A program made the translations under genes and the position numbers. This document shows, piece by piece, positions 1 through 11,647 of a stretch of 64,000 nt of DNA. The notes under the pieces are model-generated. The model saw nothing but the letters and a program-made list of their open reading frames with translations, did no database searches and was not told the origin of the DNA. Position 1 is the first letter of the stretch; each line of letters starts with the position of its first letter. This DNA comes from Vitrella brassicaformis CCMP3155 (Eukaryota > Protista > Chromerida). Where the stretch lies: positions 136,063 to 200,062 of the forward strand of contig CDMY01000055.1 in NCBI GenBank assembly GCA_001179505.1, read 5' to 3'.

Positions 1-493
1 TCTTGATGGAGCGGGGATTGATCCCTCCTCCCCTTGAGCCTGTTTGAGTCTGCGTGCTGATGGGACTGTATTTGTATGAGTATCACGGACACACAGACGA
101 GTGTTACGGTTAATGACAGTTTCCCCCCAAAAAATGATTAATGAGGTGGGTGGTTCATTTTTGCTCATTCTCGCTCCTTTTCGTACCGCAACCGTTCATT
201 CATCGATCATTTGTGTGTCCAGCAGCACAGCACGACACCCAACGTCCTTCCCCAAGGCATACACACCACCCCCACCCATGCTGCAGCCAAGACGGAGAGA
301 GAAAGCGGACAATCCATCAATCAGAGACGCAGACAGACCATGGCGGGTACCGAGACACGTGACGGCATGCACAGCCAGCCCATGGGCATGCGCGGCTAAC
401 ACCACGCCAGCCAGCCAGTCAGCCATTCAGCCCATCCACACCTCCCTCCCCCCTTCCCCCACCCCTATCACACATCCATCCGCTCATATGCGC

Positions 494-1578
494 CTACTGC
501 AGCAGCAGCAGCTGCTGCGGCTGGGCGAAGGGGCTCTCGGCCTGCTGCAGGCCGGGCAGGTTGGCCTCATCAGCCGCCCCGCCCTCAGCAGCAGCAGCAG
601 CCGCCCCGTCCCCCGCCCCGCCCCCCGTGTGGGCCTGGGTCTCGCCCAGCTTGCGCTTGCCGGTGAGTTTCTTGCCCGTCCCCTCCTCCCCCAGATGCGC
701 CACGCGGATGTGGATCATGATGTTGTTCGGAGGGTTTCTTCTGCAGCACCTTGCGCTTGATCGTGATCGGATGTTTCGTCGCATGTCAGCTTCGCACTGA
801 ACTTGTCAACTACCTGAAAGCGACGCAACACACATACGTTCAGGATAAGACCTACACGCCACGCCCTGCAGATGGATACCTGAACCGAAACCTTCGCCAC
901 CGTCTCGTGTAGCCCAACTTCTTGGCGTGGTGCGTGATGCTGTCTTTGAGCTGAGCCGCTACACTATGGACACCGTCTTCTCCTCCGCCTTGTCCAGCTT
1001 CCCCTACACTCACACCCACACACCCACACGTCGGTGCGTCCATGTATCCATCGCTGTCGTACCGTTTTGTTCGCCGAGTTGGTCGACAGCTGCTGCGCCT
1101 GGCTCGGCATCGCGCCCCCGCCCCCCCCGCCCCCGCTCGATGATGACGCCCCAGGCAGGCTCACTATGCCCTTTCCCACCAACATCTGCTGCTTCTGCAC
1201 ACCGAAACCAACAACGTATCACAAGATCTATGCCGAAAGGAAGCCTCCCAGTTGCCCACCTGTGTTTTGCTCATGAAGTTGCGCATCTTGGCTCGGTCCT
1301 TGAGCTGCTCCTTGACAATATCGACGTGGGCGGGCTTCCACACATCCTTCTCCTTGCCCTTCTTGCACCTCGCAAGGAACTTATCGAACATCTCGACGGT
1401 CATCTGTCGCAAAGCGACCATCGCAATGGGGGGTGAAGCCTCACCACAGAAATTCAGCCGGTCTATCGTATCCGTCAGCCATGAAGGACTCCACTTCCTC
1501 TTTCGTTAGATCCTCAAGCAGGTGGGGAAACCCATTCTGCAACTGCTTCCAAGCTGGGGCCGGTGGCGGATCTTCCAT
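494..1578 (-). CDS. Hypothetical multi-exon protein; N-terminal ~70 aa resemble a SAM-like helical domain
   Basis: Coding-like segments MEDPPPAPAWKQLQNGFPHLLEDLTKEEVESFMADGYDRPAEFL / MTVEMFDKFLARCKKGKEKDVWKPAHVDIVKEQLKD / QKQQMLVGKG / DSITHHAKKLGY / IHIRVAHLGEEG are separated by microsatellite introns. One splice junction (~1400-1445) does not phase cleanly and the 3' end is uncertain. Confidence 0.5.
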
Positions 1579-1952
1579 GCTGTGATCTTCACCGGCAGAT
1601 GGCCGAGGGGCGGGGTCTTCAGGAGAAGGCTGATGGTGGATGGGCTGGGCGGCATTGTCCGATTCGGCTGCTGACGGCACCTGGCGCGGACGGCTGCCCT
1701 TCACTAGTCCATACAGGCTCGTCTGCATCAGGCCGGCTTAGCACCGCAGCAGTGCCTGCAGGTGTCAGAAACACAGCCAATTCACGAGAGCAAATGAATA
1801 AATCAATGAATGAGGGGATCATCAAGCAAGCTGCTTGCCTTGCTGTACCACCCTATATAGGTACTACCACAGTCTTGCCGCCAAGCGTCGTTCGCGCTCG
1901 GATCGCCGCGCATCTCGCACACCAAAAAAGAGAAAAAAGAGAAGTAGAAGTG

Positions 1953-3567
1953 ATGGAGGCGTTGAGTTCACCGCCTCTTTGGAGCTCCATCGCCACCGGC
2001 ACAGTGCGTAGAGGATCCTTGGTGGAGGTGGCGCCCGCAGTGGTGACGGGGCGCAGCAGATCCGTCCGCGGCTCCGTGGCTGAGGTGATAGAGGTGAGTG
2101 AGGATGGGATGTTTGTCGACCTCCAGCTGCTGCGGAAGAGGGACCTCGAGCCTTTCAAGAGGCCTGCGGAGGGCATCAAAAGGTCAGCCGGATGCGTCAT
2201 TTGGCAATGCATCGTCCTTGCATGCATGCACTCTCTGTTTGGGTGTGGATGCGTCTGTTTTTAGAGGTGTGCTTCGAGATGCCATCGTCAGCGTGCTGCA
2301 GCCGGTAGGTCAGATGGCTGCGGCTGCCACTGCGCACCCCAGACTTCGCTCCGCACTCTCATCACGAGGGCCCGCCCAATCCCGATCCCCACTCGCGGCT
2401 GGCTCGGCAGACAAATGGTGCCGACTGACTGTGCCGCCATCCGGCGCCCTTTTCATCTTCTGGGTAAGAAACCTATACGCCATGTCTCGCTGTGGTTTGC
2501 CCATGGGTGTGTTTCCTCATGTAGGATTTGGAGACCAATGAGGGATGCAGGCTGTGTAATGCCATCACCCAGATAGCTGCGGTGGCGCGGCTGTTTAGGG
2601 GTGGAGAGTTTGCGGGCATCGGCGCACCCGACTACGAGCGGTACGTCACGACGGGCGCCCCCATGAACACCGTGGCGAGCAAGATGACGGGCATCACCAA
2701 GACTCTGCTCAGCAGACAAGGTAGGTGGCAACACGACACACGAGAACGCACGTCTGTTCGTCATGTCTTCCTACGTGTTGCATCAGGCGTGTCGTTGCGT
2801 GAGGCCTTGTTGGCCTTCGAGCAGTGGGTGCAGTCGGTGCACCAGCACATCCTCCCACTGCCGGCACCCTCATCCCATCTGCCGATCGGCGATGACGGGG
2901 ACGACGAGCTCCATGACGCCATGTCCGAGCCAGAGGACGATGGCGTGGACGGGGAGGGGGATGGTGTGATGCCGGTGGTTATGGTGTCGCATCGCGGGTT
3001 CATCTGCGACCTGCCGCTGCTGTTCCAGTCGGTGGACAAGACGCTAAACGTCAAGGGCCCCGACTTCCTGCAGGTACTGAGGGATTGAAGGATGTGTCTC
3101 ACGTCGTGGAGGCGTGTGTCTCTCTCTTCGTGGGTTTGTCGTCGACCAGCGTGCGGGCGTCTTTCATGTTGCTGACTCGTACTATGTCGCCCTCGATATG
3201 CGCCAGAAGGGAAAGGCATTCACAGGTAATGAGTGATCGGCCACCGATTCATCGATGGATGTGTGCGCCTATGGGCAGGTCGTGAGAGCCTGGGTCTGTC
3301 CGAGCTGCACACCCGGCTGGTCGGACGACCACATGGCAACGCACACAATGCCCTCGGTCAGTGAGCGATGAGTACACAGACCGTCCAGAGGCTCTGATCA
3401 ATCCATCATGGTGCCTGCCTGCCTGCCTGCATGGCTGGCTTCCTGTAGGTGATTCGCGGGCGTTGGCTGCCGTCTGTGGGCGCGAGCCGCTGCTAGGTGC
3501 GTGGCGAAGCGAGAAGGTGGCCATGCGTGTGAGCGACTACGTGCGTGAGAAGCAGCAGAGATCGTGA
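1953..3567 (+). CDS. DEDDh-family (DnaQ/TREX-like) 3'-5' exonuclease with N-terminal extension
   Basis: The spliced model phases throughout: ExoI ALFIFW|DLET (intron 2464-2524), ITQIAAV and TGIT, ExoII SHRGFICDLPLL, VADSYY, and ExoIII AHNAL|GD (HxAxxD). All junctions are GT-AG. Confidence 0.85.
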
Positions 3568-3593
3568 GCTGCCGTGGCCATGGATGGATGGGG

Positions 3594-3624
<31 letters not shown>

Positions 3625-4085
3625 GGGACAGGGGGAGATGGATGGATGGATGGATGAGGGAGGGAGGGAGGGAGGGAGGCGAGACACGACATGAATGAGC
3701 GAATGAGTATGAGAGGTCCCGGCATCCCTATGTGTAGATATACGTGCATACATGTGTATATTAGAGACGTGCAGACACATGCATATGCATTTGTGCGAAT
3801 GTGTGTATAATTGATGAAATGTCATCTGCTCAAACGTTATTGCAGCCAGAGTAGACGAGTCAGTCCAAAGTTCACCAGCACCAAAGCAGAATCTCGTCTC
3901 GCTTTCTCCTGTGCAGACTCCCATTTATCCATCCCACCATCTACGCCATTCTCTCTCTCTGCGCAGCCCTCAACCCTCTCCCTCTCTCAGAACACCAGTG
4001 TACTCAACTCGACAGACCGACACTATATATACGAACAACAGCCCATACATACCTCTCAGGCGGCAACAAGTCATAGCCGTTTGAT

Positions 4086-4908
4086 TTAGTCTTCTTTGTG
4101 TTGTGTGTTGGTTGTGTCAGGGGGAGTGCAGTCGCCCGTCTTGGCGCAGCACTGGCCCGCAAACATAGACCGCCAGATGGGGCACCTGATCTGTTCCAAC
4201 AGCCAGTTGCCCGGCCCACACCTGCACACGGCCTGGATCTCCGGAGTCTCAGAGCACTGCTTTGCGCATCGAGTGGCCTGGAGTGTGGTGGTGCCGGTGG
4301 GGCACTCAGGCTCGACAGCCGGCACACAGAGCTTGGGCTTTTGCTGTTGAAGGAGACAAATTAGAGCGACAAATACGATGAACCACGTACGAGACACACC
4401 AGGAATGAACGCACCTCTCGGATGCAGAAGCCATAGTACTCCGTGGCCCGGCACACTGCGGCGCATGTGGTGGAGCGGGCCTGGTACGTCACCATGTCGC
4501 ACCACATGAGAGAGTTGCCGGGCCACGGAGGATCGGGAACACACGTGTCCCTGACCAGAATGAGGCACACCAAACAGTCGACAAGAGTCCATCTTTGCAT
4601 TTGGTGTGCCCCACGTCATCATTGGTGTTTGTGTCAGGCGCGTCTGACCGGCAGTGGGTGTCATCCGGTGCGCAGCTTGAGCAGCGTGGCTTGAGGCCAC
4701 GGAGGGGCCCATGAGATTCCTCTGCATGAAGCACCGTGCGGAACACCCACACGAGCCAGAAGGATGTATGATGATGGATCATCATGCCACTGTGGCGTAT
4801 GTCTATACCAGTGTGAGATGATGTGTTCCCTCCAGTCACTGCAGCGGCTGGAGGAGTGATGATCACCAGAAAAGCAGCAACAAGGAACGACAGGTGAGGC
4901 CTCGTCAT
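4086..4908 (-). CDS. Secreted cysteine-rich small protein (~200 aa)
   Basis: Signal-peptide-like MTRPHLSFLVAAFLVIITPPAAA, then Cys-rich exons (CSSCAPDDTHC; WCDMVTYQARSTTCAAVCRATEYYGFC; LCVPAVEPECP...CAKQC...CRC...CCAKTGDC) ending in TAA at 4086. Confidence 0.65.
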
Positions 4909-5406
4909 GGGGGAGGGAAGGGGGATGGATAGCGTCGGTGCGGGGGCACGGTGGGGGCGAGACGGCAATAATTGGCCACAAACCAACTAACTGGATGCGT
5001 GTACAATTAAGTCCTTTTGTCCGCTTTGTTCCCTCCCTCCCACCCTCCCAATTAGTCCAGTATGTGTGTGTGGATGCCTTTGTGGTGTGTGGTGGTCGAC
5101 TGACTTCACTTGACAGACCAAGAGCAGACTCCAGTCACCAGGCGAAACGAGAGAGTGAGAGCAGAGTGGGTGATATTGTGTGATGTGGTGTGGTGTGATG
5201 TGTCGGCTCACTTTGGCCGGGTCGGCCTTTTACTACCTCCAAAAACCAGAAAGAAAAGACACGCACGAACGGCCTCTCTGTCTATGATATACTGGCTTAC
5301 TGACTAACACGACACACTAAGGACAGTCTCTCTCGACATCGATGTGTACGGCCATACCACGATTACACTGACGATATGATGCAGCCGTTTGTCTGCCTGT
5401 CCGCTT

Positions 5407-8144
5407 TTATCGGCATCGGGATGTGCAGCAGGCGCGCGCAGGGACTGCACACACAGATAGATCGGAAACGGCACAACAATCACTCACATCCTGTTGGTTG
5501 TGTGTTGGCAGTGCTTTGGCTGATCGACCTGGGGGGCGCTGGACCGGCTGGGCGGGAACTGGCTGTGTACACAAAGACATCATCCATGGAGACATACACT
5601 CATAAGAGCAAGGCAATGGCGATATGAGGACATGTGTCAGTGTGCCTCCCCCTTACCACAGCTGTGGCGACGAGCGGGGCGCCGGTGTAGCCGCACTGCT
5701 CGGGAGTCAACTTGTGCTCGTTCATCTAGCCCACACATACACACACACAGATACATGTCCATCATCCCTCTCGCCCGTGTCTCTCTCTTCTCTGTATGTC
5801 ATGTGCATCGCAGCGTACGATGTTGATCTGTTCCTGGTTGGGTGTCCATCCCGCCGGCGGCCCCTCGAGCTTCGTCTCGATGACGTCGCCCACCGGCTCG
5901 GGTTTGCCGGTCCACGTGTGGCCGTCGCGCATGTGTGTGGTGGGCGGTAGGGGGCCAAAGGCATCTGTTGGCCAGGGCTTGGCGTCCTTGAGCTGCTCCG
6001 GGAAGGCCGCTGGGATGGGCTCCTGGATGTGTTTGAACAGGTTGAGGTCAATGCCGTTCGTGGCGAATAGCTCGACCAACTGCATCTAGCTGATGCTCAC
6101 ACCTGACACCACACACCAGGGCACACACATCGCAACAACACAATGGACAGACAGAGACAAAGACACGACCATGTGAGAAGGTGCGGGCATGTGTACCAGG
6201 AGGTATGTCAATGTTGAGTGTGGCTTTGATGATTGGCGGGACGACCACGTGGGTGGGACTGGGAGGCAGCATCGTGGTCGTACGGTGGGGAATCACCTAC
6301 ACACACACATCAACACACAGACACTTGGGAGTCACCTGTGCTGTGTTGTGGTGTGTGTGTGTGTGTGTGCGCGCGCTGACAGACCGACCACGGGGTATTT
6401 GTTGTACTTGTACTCGTATACGGGCACCTCATAGGGCTTCTCAATGTCCTTGTACCTGCACACACACATTGCACACCGAGACGCCGGCCAGCCCATGTGT
6501 GGGGCCCTGGTTGTGGCCGTGTGTCTGGTGTAATGTGCTGACTTGACGACCTCGACCTCCCGGTCGACCACCACCTCTCTGTGAGAGGACACACACAGAC
6601 ACACACAAAGATTGATGGGATGGCAGGGGAAGTCTTATTGCATGCGGGGTGTGGTGACTGCATACTTCTCGACGACGACCTCCTTCCAGATCGGCACCAC
6701 CTCACCCGGTACAGGCACATGACGCACCTGCGAAACACACAACATCCACTCACACAACGAAATCATTGGCCCCGAGTGCGTGTGCCCGCCAATTGCCTGG
6801 CTGACAGACCTCTTCTTTGACGATGTACTTGGGCACTTCCTTGACGACCTCGACGGGCACGTCGACGTAGTGGGGCACGGGGACCTCCTGCACGCGCTCG
6901 ATGGTCTTGACCTCCACCTTGGGGACGTACTTGATGACCGGCACGTGGATCTGCACACATGGACACAAAGAGGGAGGGAGAGGGGATAAGGCATGCATTG
7001 ATGATGCCCTCCCTGTGTGTGTCTGTGGGTCGGTTACGTCGATGGGGACCGCCTTGGGGACCTCCTTGACCACCTCCACCACATGAGGCACCTGTGGGTC
7101 CAATCACAACGAAGGGCCGCAGGTGTGTGTGGGGATGGGGGGAGGGTGAGTGAACACTGCTATGCTGTGTTGGTTTACCTCGACGACTTTGTCTTTGTAT
7201 TCGACGACGGGGACCTCCTGGATGCGCTCGACCGTCTTGACCACCGTCTTGGGCACCACACGCTCCTGGACCAACAGCGGACACACACACAGAGAGGGAG
7301 GAGGGGCAGGAGAGACACGGATTAACGGACCGTGTCTCTCTCCATTCATCTGTGTGTGCGGCTTACGATGGTTTTGACTTCGACTTTGGGCACATATTTG
7401 TTGACCACCTGCACCTGTGGCACCTGAACTCTCACACCACACCCACATGGACCGTGATGGACGGCGTGCCTCCGTCACTCTCCATGTTTGTGCGTTGTGC
7501 GGTTGGCCTACCTCGACGACTCTGTCGACGTGCTGGACGACGGGCACCTCGACTTTGCGCTCGATCCATGAGTGGCTGAGCTCCGGCACCTGGCGGACGA
7601 CCTCATGGACCTCCGGCTTGGGGACGATCTTCTGCGTGTAGACGGGCACCTGACGCTCGGCCACGACGTCCTCGTAGTGCACATCGCTGTAGACGGGCAC
7701 CTCCACCTCAACCTATATTGGCAGACCGCACACAACACAAATCCTGCGGCCTGCTCATGAATGTCTTGCCCCTGTCTGTCCCCCTGCTGTTCACCGACTC
7801 ACTCGTCGAGTCCCGGTCTGCACTTGTCCCGCTGGTGTGGTTGTGCGACCCAGGCGGACCAGCTGGGACTGTGTCATCTCGCCCTCACCTCCTGCATGCA
7901 ATAAACACGACACATGACACATAACACAGAGCCCCTCAGCCCTCAGCCTCATTTCCCCCATGGACAGCCTTCCCTCCCGCGTGTGCCTTTGCCCCTTTCT
8001 CCCCTCCCCCGCCCTGTCATCTGCTTCACCTTGTTGCTGCTGTCCGAGTGCGTCCCGCACACTTACAGGCTGCCCCGCTGGGGGGCTGGCGGCCTGTGCG
8101 AAGGCGGCCGCCAGAGGGGAGCCGGGAGGGGCCGGGCCACTCAT
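5407..8144 (-). CDS. Alveolin / IMC1-like (articulin-type VPV-repeat) cortical cytoskeletal protein
   Basis: Many short exons with EVPV/VEKIVEVP-type repeats (VEVPVYSDVHYEDVVAERQVPV, VERIQEVPVVEYKDKVVEV, IERVQEVPVPHYVDVPVEVVKEVPK). The protein starts MSGPAPPGSP and ends PARACCTSRCR*, with terminal Cys typical of palmitoylated alveolins. Confidence 0.85.
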
Positions 8145-8449
8145 GATGAAATCAAGTTAGATGAATGAGGGGCGGGGCGCGGTGCGTTGACAGACGACGA
8201 AGGACGGCCGGAACAGAGCACAAAAAAAACGCCTGTCCAAGCTCGCAGCCGTTTGAGCTCGCGTCACGATCATCGCATGACATTTAGGTCAACAAACCAG
8301 CCAACCCGGTCCGAAAGGGGAGGAGAATGATCGAGTGAAAAAAAGTGGTCTGATTCTGTCTGTCTGTCTGCTGTGGTTCTTCCCATCCGTGCAGATCTCG
8401 TGAGTCCTGTGTTCGACCAGCGGCTGCATCGCCACAAACAAATCACTGA

Positions 8450-8490
8450 CTGACTTACGTCGGGTGAGCAAAACACCCGACGTAAGTCAG
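8450..8490. repeat. Perfect 17-bp inverted repeat with 7-nt loop
   Basis: CTGACTTACGTCGGGTG-AGCAAAA-CACCCGACGTAAGTCAG, in the divergent intergenic region between the alveolin and Family X copy 1. Confidence 0.95.
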
Positions 8491-8678
8491 AGTGGCTCCA
8501 GATGGATGGGCTGTGTGTGTGTGTGGTGCATGTGTGCAGACTCGATTTCCTTTTTCGCTTATCACATCGCCGCTGGCTCGCCACCAGCTCACGTAAGGAG
8601 GCAAACAAGGCGCTCTAGACATACAGCCCGTCTGCATGTCACTCTGTGATGTTCATTTTGCAGACATCTCAGTCACTC

Positions 8679-9676
8679 ATGGCGTCAGACTCTGTTCCCT
8701 CTCTGTGGCCCTCTCACTCAAGACGGCCTCACACACACTCAATGACCCCACCAGGCGGCCGGCACTCGTCACACAGATCGACAAGCAGCCGCCCACAGAG
8801 ATCCCCAAAGGCGTCAAGCTGCCGGTCGTCCTGCAGCAGCGCATCGAGCGGGCCATGCAACCCGAGGACCTTCATGACCTTTTGGCCTTCGACATTCCTG
8901 ACGTGGCGGGGGCCCTCAAGACGGCCTACATGCTGGAGCGATGCAGCGGCCACTGGAAGGTGATGAAGGCCTTCATCGCCCTGGCCTTCATCTACCGGCT
9001 CACCCCCAATGCGACGCGGCCCCTCATGGTGTCGGCCGATTCGCTGCCCACCACTTTAGAGTTCGATGAGCTGCCCCTCACCATGGCCGCCTACAAAACA
9101 TTCGGCCACCTGCTCAGCCACCGGGGGACCAGCCTGGCGTTGCGGCGAGCTGCCAACGGTGCCTATCGGATCGGCGATCATTCGTTTCGTGTGGTGCCGC
9201 TGAGTGAGCTGCGGGCTGAGCACCCCTACCGCAGCGGATACAAGGATAGCGACCCCGCCATCCGCTGGGGCCATTATCTCTACCCATCATTCACGGCATT
9301 CATCACGCGAACGGTTCTGATACAGTGGTGTTACCAAAAGGGGGTGGTGAGGAAGCCACTGGGAACAGCTCGTGTCGGTCGTGACGACACTCGCTATCGG
9401 TCCCTGCTGACGGCACCGTCCATCGAGGGCTACAAGACCGTCGACTACATGTACACCGTACATGTCAGGGGACAGGAGGGCTACTACCGCCGTCGACTCA
9501 TCGTGCTCAAGGGGACGGGGGGGACCGACACGATCGTGGCCTTTCTGTGGGTGTCCGATGGCTGCATCAGCCTCTTCACGACTGAGGCGCCGACAAAGGG
9601 CAGACACGTTGCAACTGCGGCGGCCGCCCGCCCTCTGCTGGCCAGCTATGGGCTGGATCAGCGTATGCTGGGATAG
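8679..9676 (+). CDS. Family X copy 1 (uncharacterised lineage-expanded protein; core motifs LTP..PL, FDELP..AYKTFGHLL, YRIG, HPYR, SDP.IR, YPSFTAF, RYRSLL, LKGT, TTEAP)
   Basis: Intron-free ORF 8636-9676, homologous to 13035-14003, 23640-24837, 25738-26916 and 43158-44650. The true start is uncertain because the ATG at 8679 is out of frame with the core. Confidence 0.7.
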
Positions 9677-10485
9677 ATCAATTCGATGACGAAATACCGG
9701 TGAGGATGGATGGGGGGGAGGGAGGGGGGCTGTAGGTTGTGAGGGAGAGAGAGTAGGTATGACCGTCATCTCATTTCCTGTGTGCCGTGCTGCGTTGATT
9801 TCTGTAGGTGTCGCATTACTCTGTTGGCGTGACAGTGGGGCGGATTGCTCCAGGTGCCCGTAAGGACGGGTGGGTCTCACCATGAGGGAGGCCTGATGAA
9901 GCGGGGGTGGTAGACAAGGTGGTGCTGTGGGTCCGCAGTGACCGTAGCAACCCCGGCCGTGATGTAGGTCCCTCCCTCTCTCCCGTCTCGCTTTTATTCT
10001 CCCCGTGCGTGTGACAGCCGGTGGTGCGTGTTGCCAAGTCACCCCCTTTTCTTCCTCTCTGTCCACCTGTCTGCCTGCCCGGTGTGCGGGTGAGGTTGCG
10101 AGTCTTCCTTGCAGACACAGAGAGGCTTCGTCTGACTTGATTACATGGGCGTGCGAGTGAGGAAGGTGGTTTGGTGTGTCGTCGAGATGCCTGCCTGCAT
10201 AGAGGATAACTGTAGTCCCTATGATCATAAAACAACCTGTGTGTGTGTGTTTATATATGTGAATGCGTGAATTGTCAGACCGGTGTTGGTTGCACCTGCA
10301 TTGCGTGTGTGTGCTGCGCAGTCTGTGACTGATTTACAAGTGCTGATTGCCAGGGAGGTGGCGACACGAACAGTAACAAATACACTCATTGTGCTGTTCC
10401 ATCCCTCCATCCATCCATTCGTTCATTCGTCCGTCATCGACTGACTGACTGACTGAGTAATGCATCTCCCGCACAAAGTCACAAA

Positions 10486-11347
10486 TACATCCAGCGTCGC
10501 TGTGTTGTGAGTGACCGCCACGACTCGCTACGACGGCACTCGCATCATGCATCACGTTCCGCTACGTCATGAGGCGAGCCAGTATCATCATCCACACAAC
10601 ACCGTCCGTCTGTTTTGACGATGTGTCACGACAGACGGACGGACAGACAGACACACAGACACCCAGACAGAGAGACAGACAGACAGACAGACAGAGACAC
10701 GAACGCCGCCCTTACCAGGTATGAAAGCACGCGCATCAGGAATGCAGTCAGTCAGTCAGGTCATCCGGTCCGGCCCCCTTTAATTGTCCAACAAGAAGCC
10801 TGACGGCCCCGTATACACACACATGCACACACCCCCACCCCACCCCACCCCACCCTGTCTGCCGTCGACATGCGACGTCCATTCCATGCAATTCCCATCT
10901 ATCTACTGCTATCCATCCCATCCCTAATGACTGGACTGGGTGAGTGAGTTGTCCGGGCTGTGTGCTGCGTGCTGGTGTACGTGACATGTTTCGCCTACGT
11001 AGGTGCAGACACAGACACAGACACAGAGACAGACAGACCAGTAAGAAAAAGTTCATGCCATAAAGACCAGCACCAACACACATCCACACGCGCCAATGAA
11101 TGCCTAGAGGCCATCGATGAAACTCTCAGCCACGGCGACCTTCCTGCTGGCCACGGCCGCCAGGTTGCCCAGCACCCTCAGGCTGGCCCCTCCCCCCCGC
11201 GTGGCCATCACCTGGTCGCGAAGGTCGACCTCCATCTCGCCAATCCTGACTGTCGGCCGGTAGTGCTGCATGGCCTCGCTGATGGCACGCTGAAGGAACT
11301 CCTGGCCTTCATCGGTGGGCGACGAGACGAGGGTCATGTTGTAGCCC
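10486..11347 (+). repeat. 862-bp segment apparently identical to 17096-17957 (both abut N gaps)
   Basis: Constant offset of 6610; identical ORF translations (10615 vs 17225, 10748 vs 17358). Confidence 0.9.
11104..11347 (-). CDS. 3' fragment of the carboxylesterase gene (cut by gap)
   Basis: MTLVSSPTDEGQEFLQRAISEAMQHY...AESFIDGL*, identical to 17714-17957. Confidence 0.75.
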
Positions 11348-11647
11348 NNNNNNNNNNNNNNNNNNNNNNNNNNNNNNNNNNNNNNNNNNNNNNNNNNNNN
11401 NNNNNNNNNNNNNNNNNNNNNNNNNNNNNNNNNNNNNNNNNNNNNNNNNNNNNNNNNNNNNNNNNNNNNNNNNNNNNNNNNNNNNNNNNNNNNNNNNNNN
11501 NNNNNNNNNNNNNNNNNNNNNNNNNNNNNNNNNNNNNNNNNNNNNNNNNNNNNNNNNNNNNNNNNNNNNNNNNNNNNNNNNNNNNNNNNNNNNNNNNNNN
11601 NNNNNNNNNNNNNNNNNNNNNNNNNNNNNNNNNNNNNNNNNNNNNNN
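11348..11647. other. Assembly gap (300 N)
   Basis: Run of N. Confidence 1.

Noticed and set aside
1395-1450. Non-canonical splicing or recoding in the SAM-like gene (phase mismatch at a 41-nt intron)
   Set aside because: One extra G (TGG|gtgagg) would fix it, so a base error or a different model is more parsimonious without cDNA.
6086-6090. Alternative genetic code (TAG reassigned)
   Set aside because: TAG terminates several genes normally in this window (e.g. 9676, 14003, 22692), so there is no general reassignment.
8450-8510. Helitron 3' end (hairpin + CTRR)
   Set aside because: There is no CTRR terminus at the expected distance on either strand, no Rep/helicase, and the paralogous flank has only one arm.
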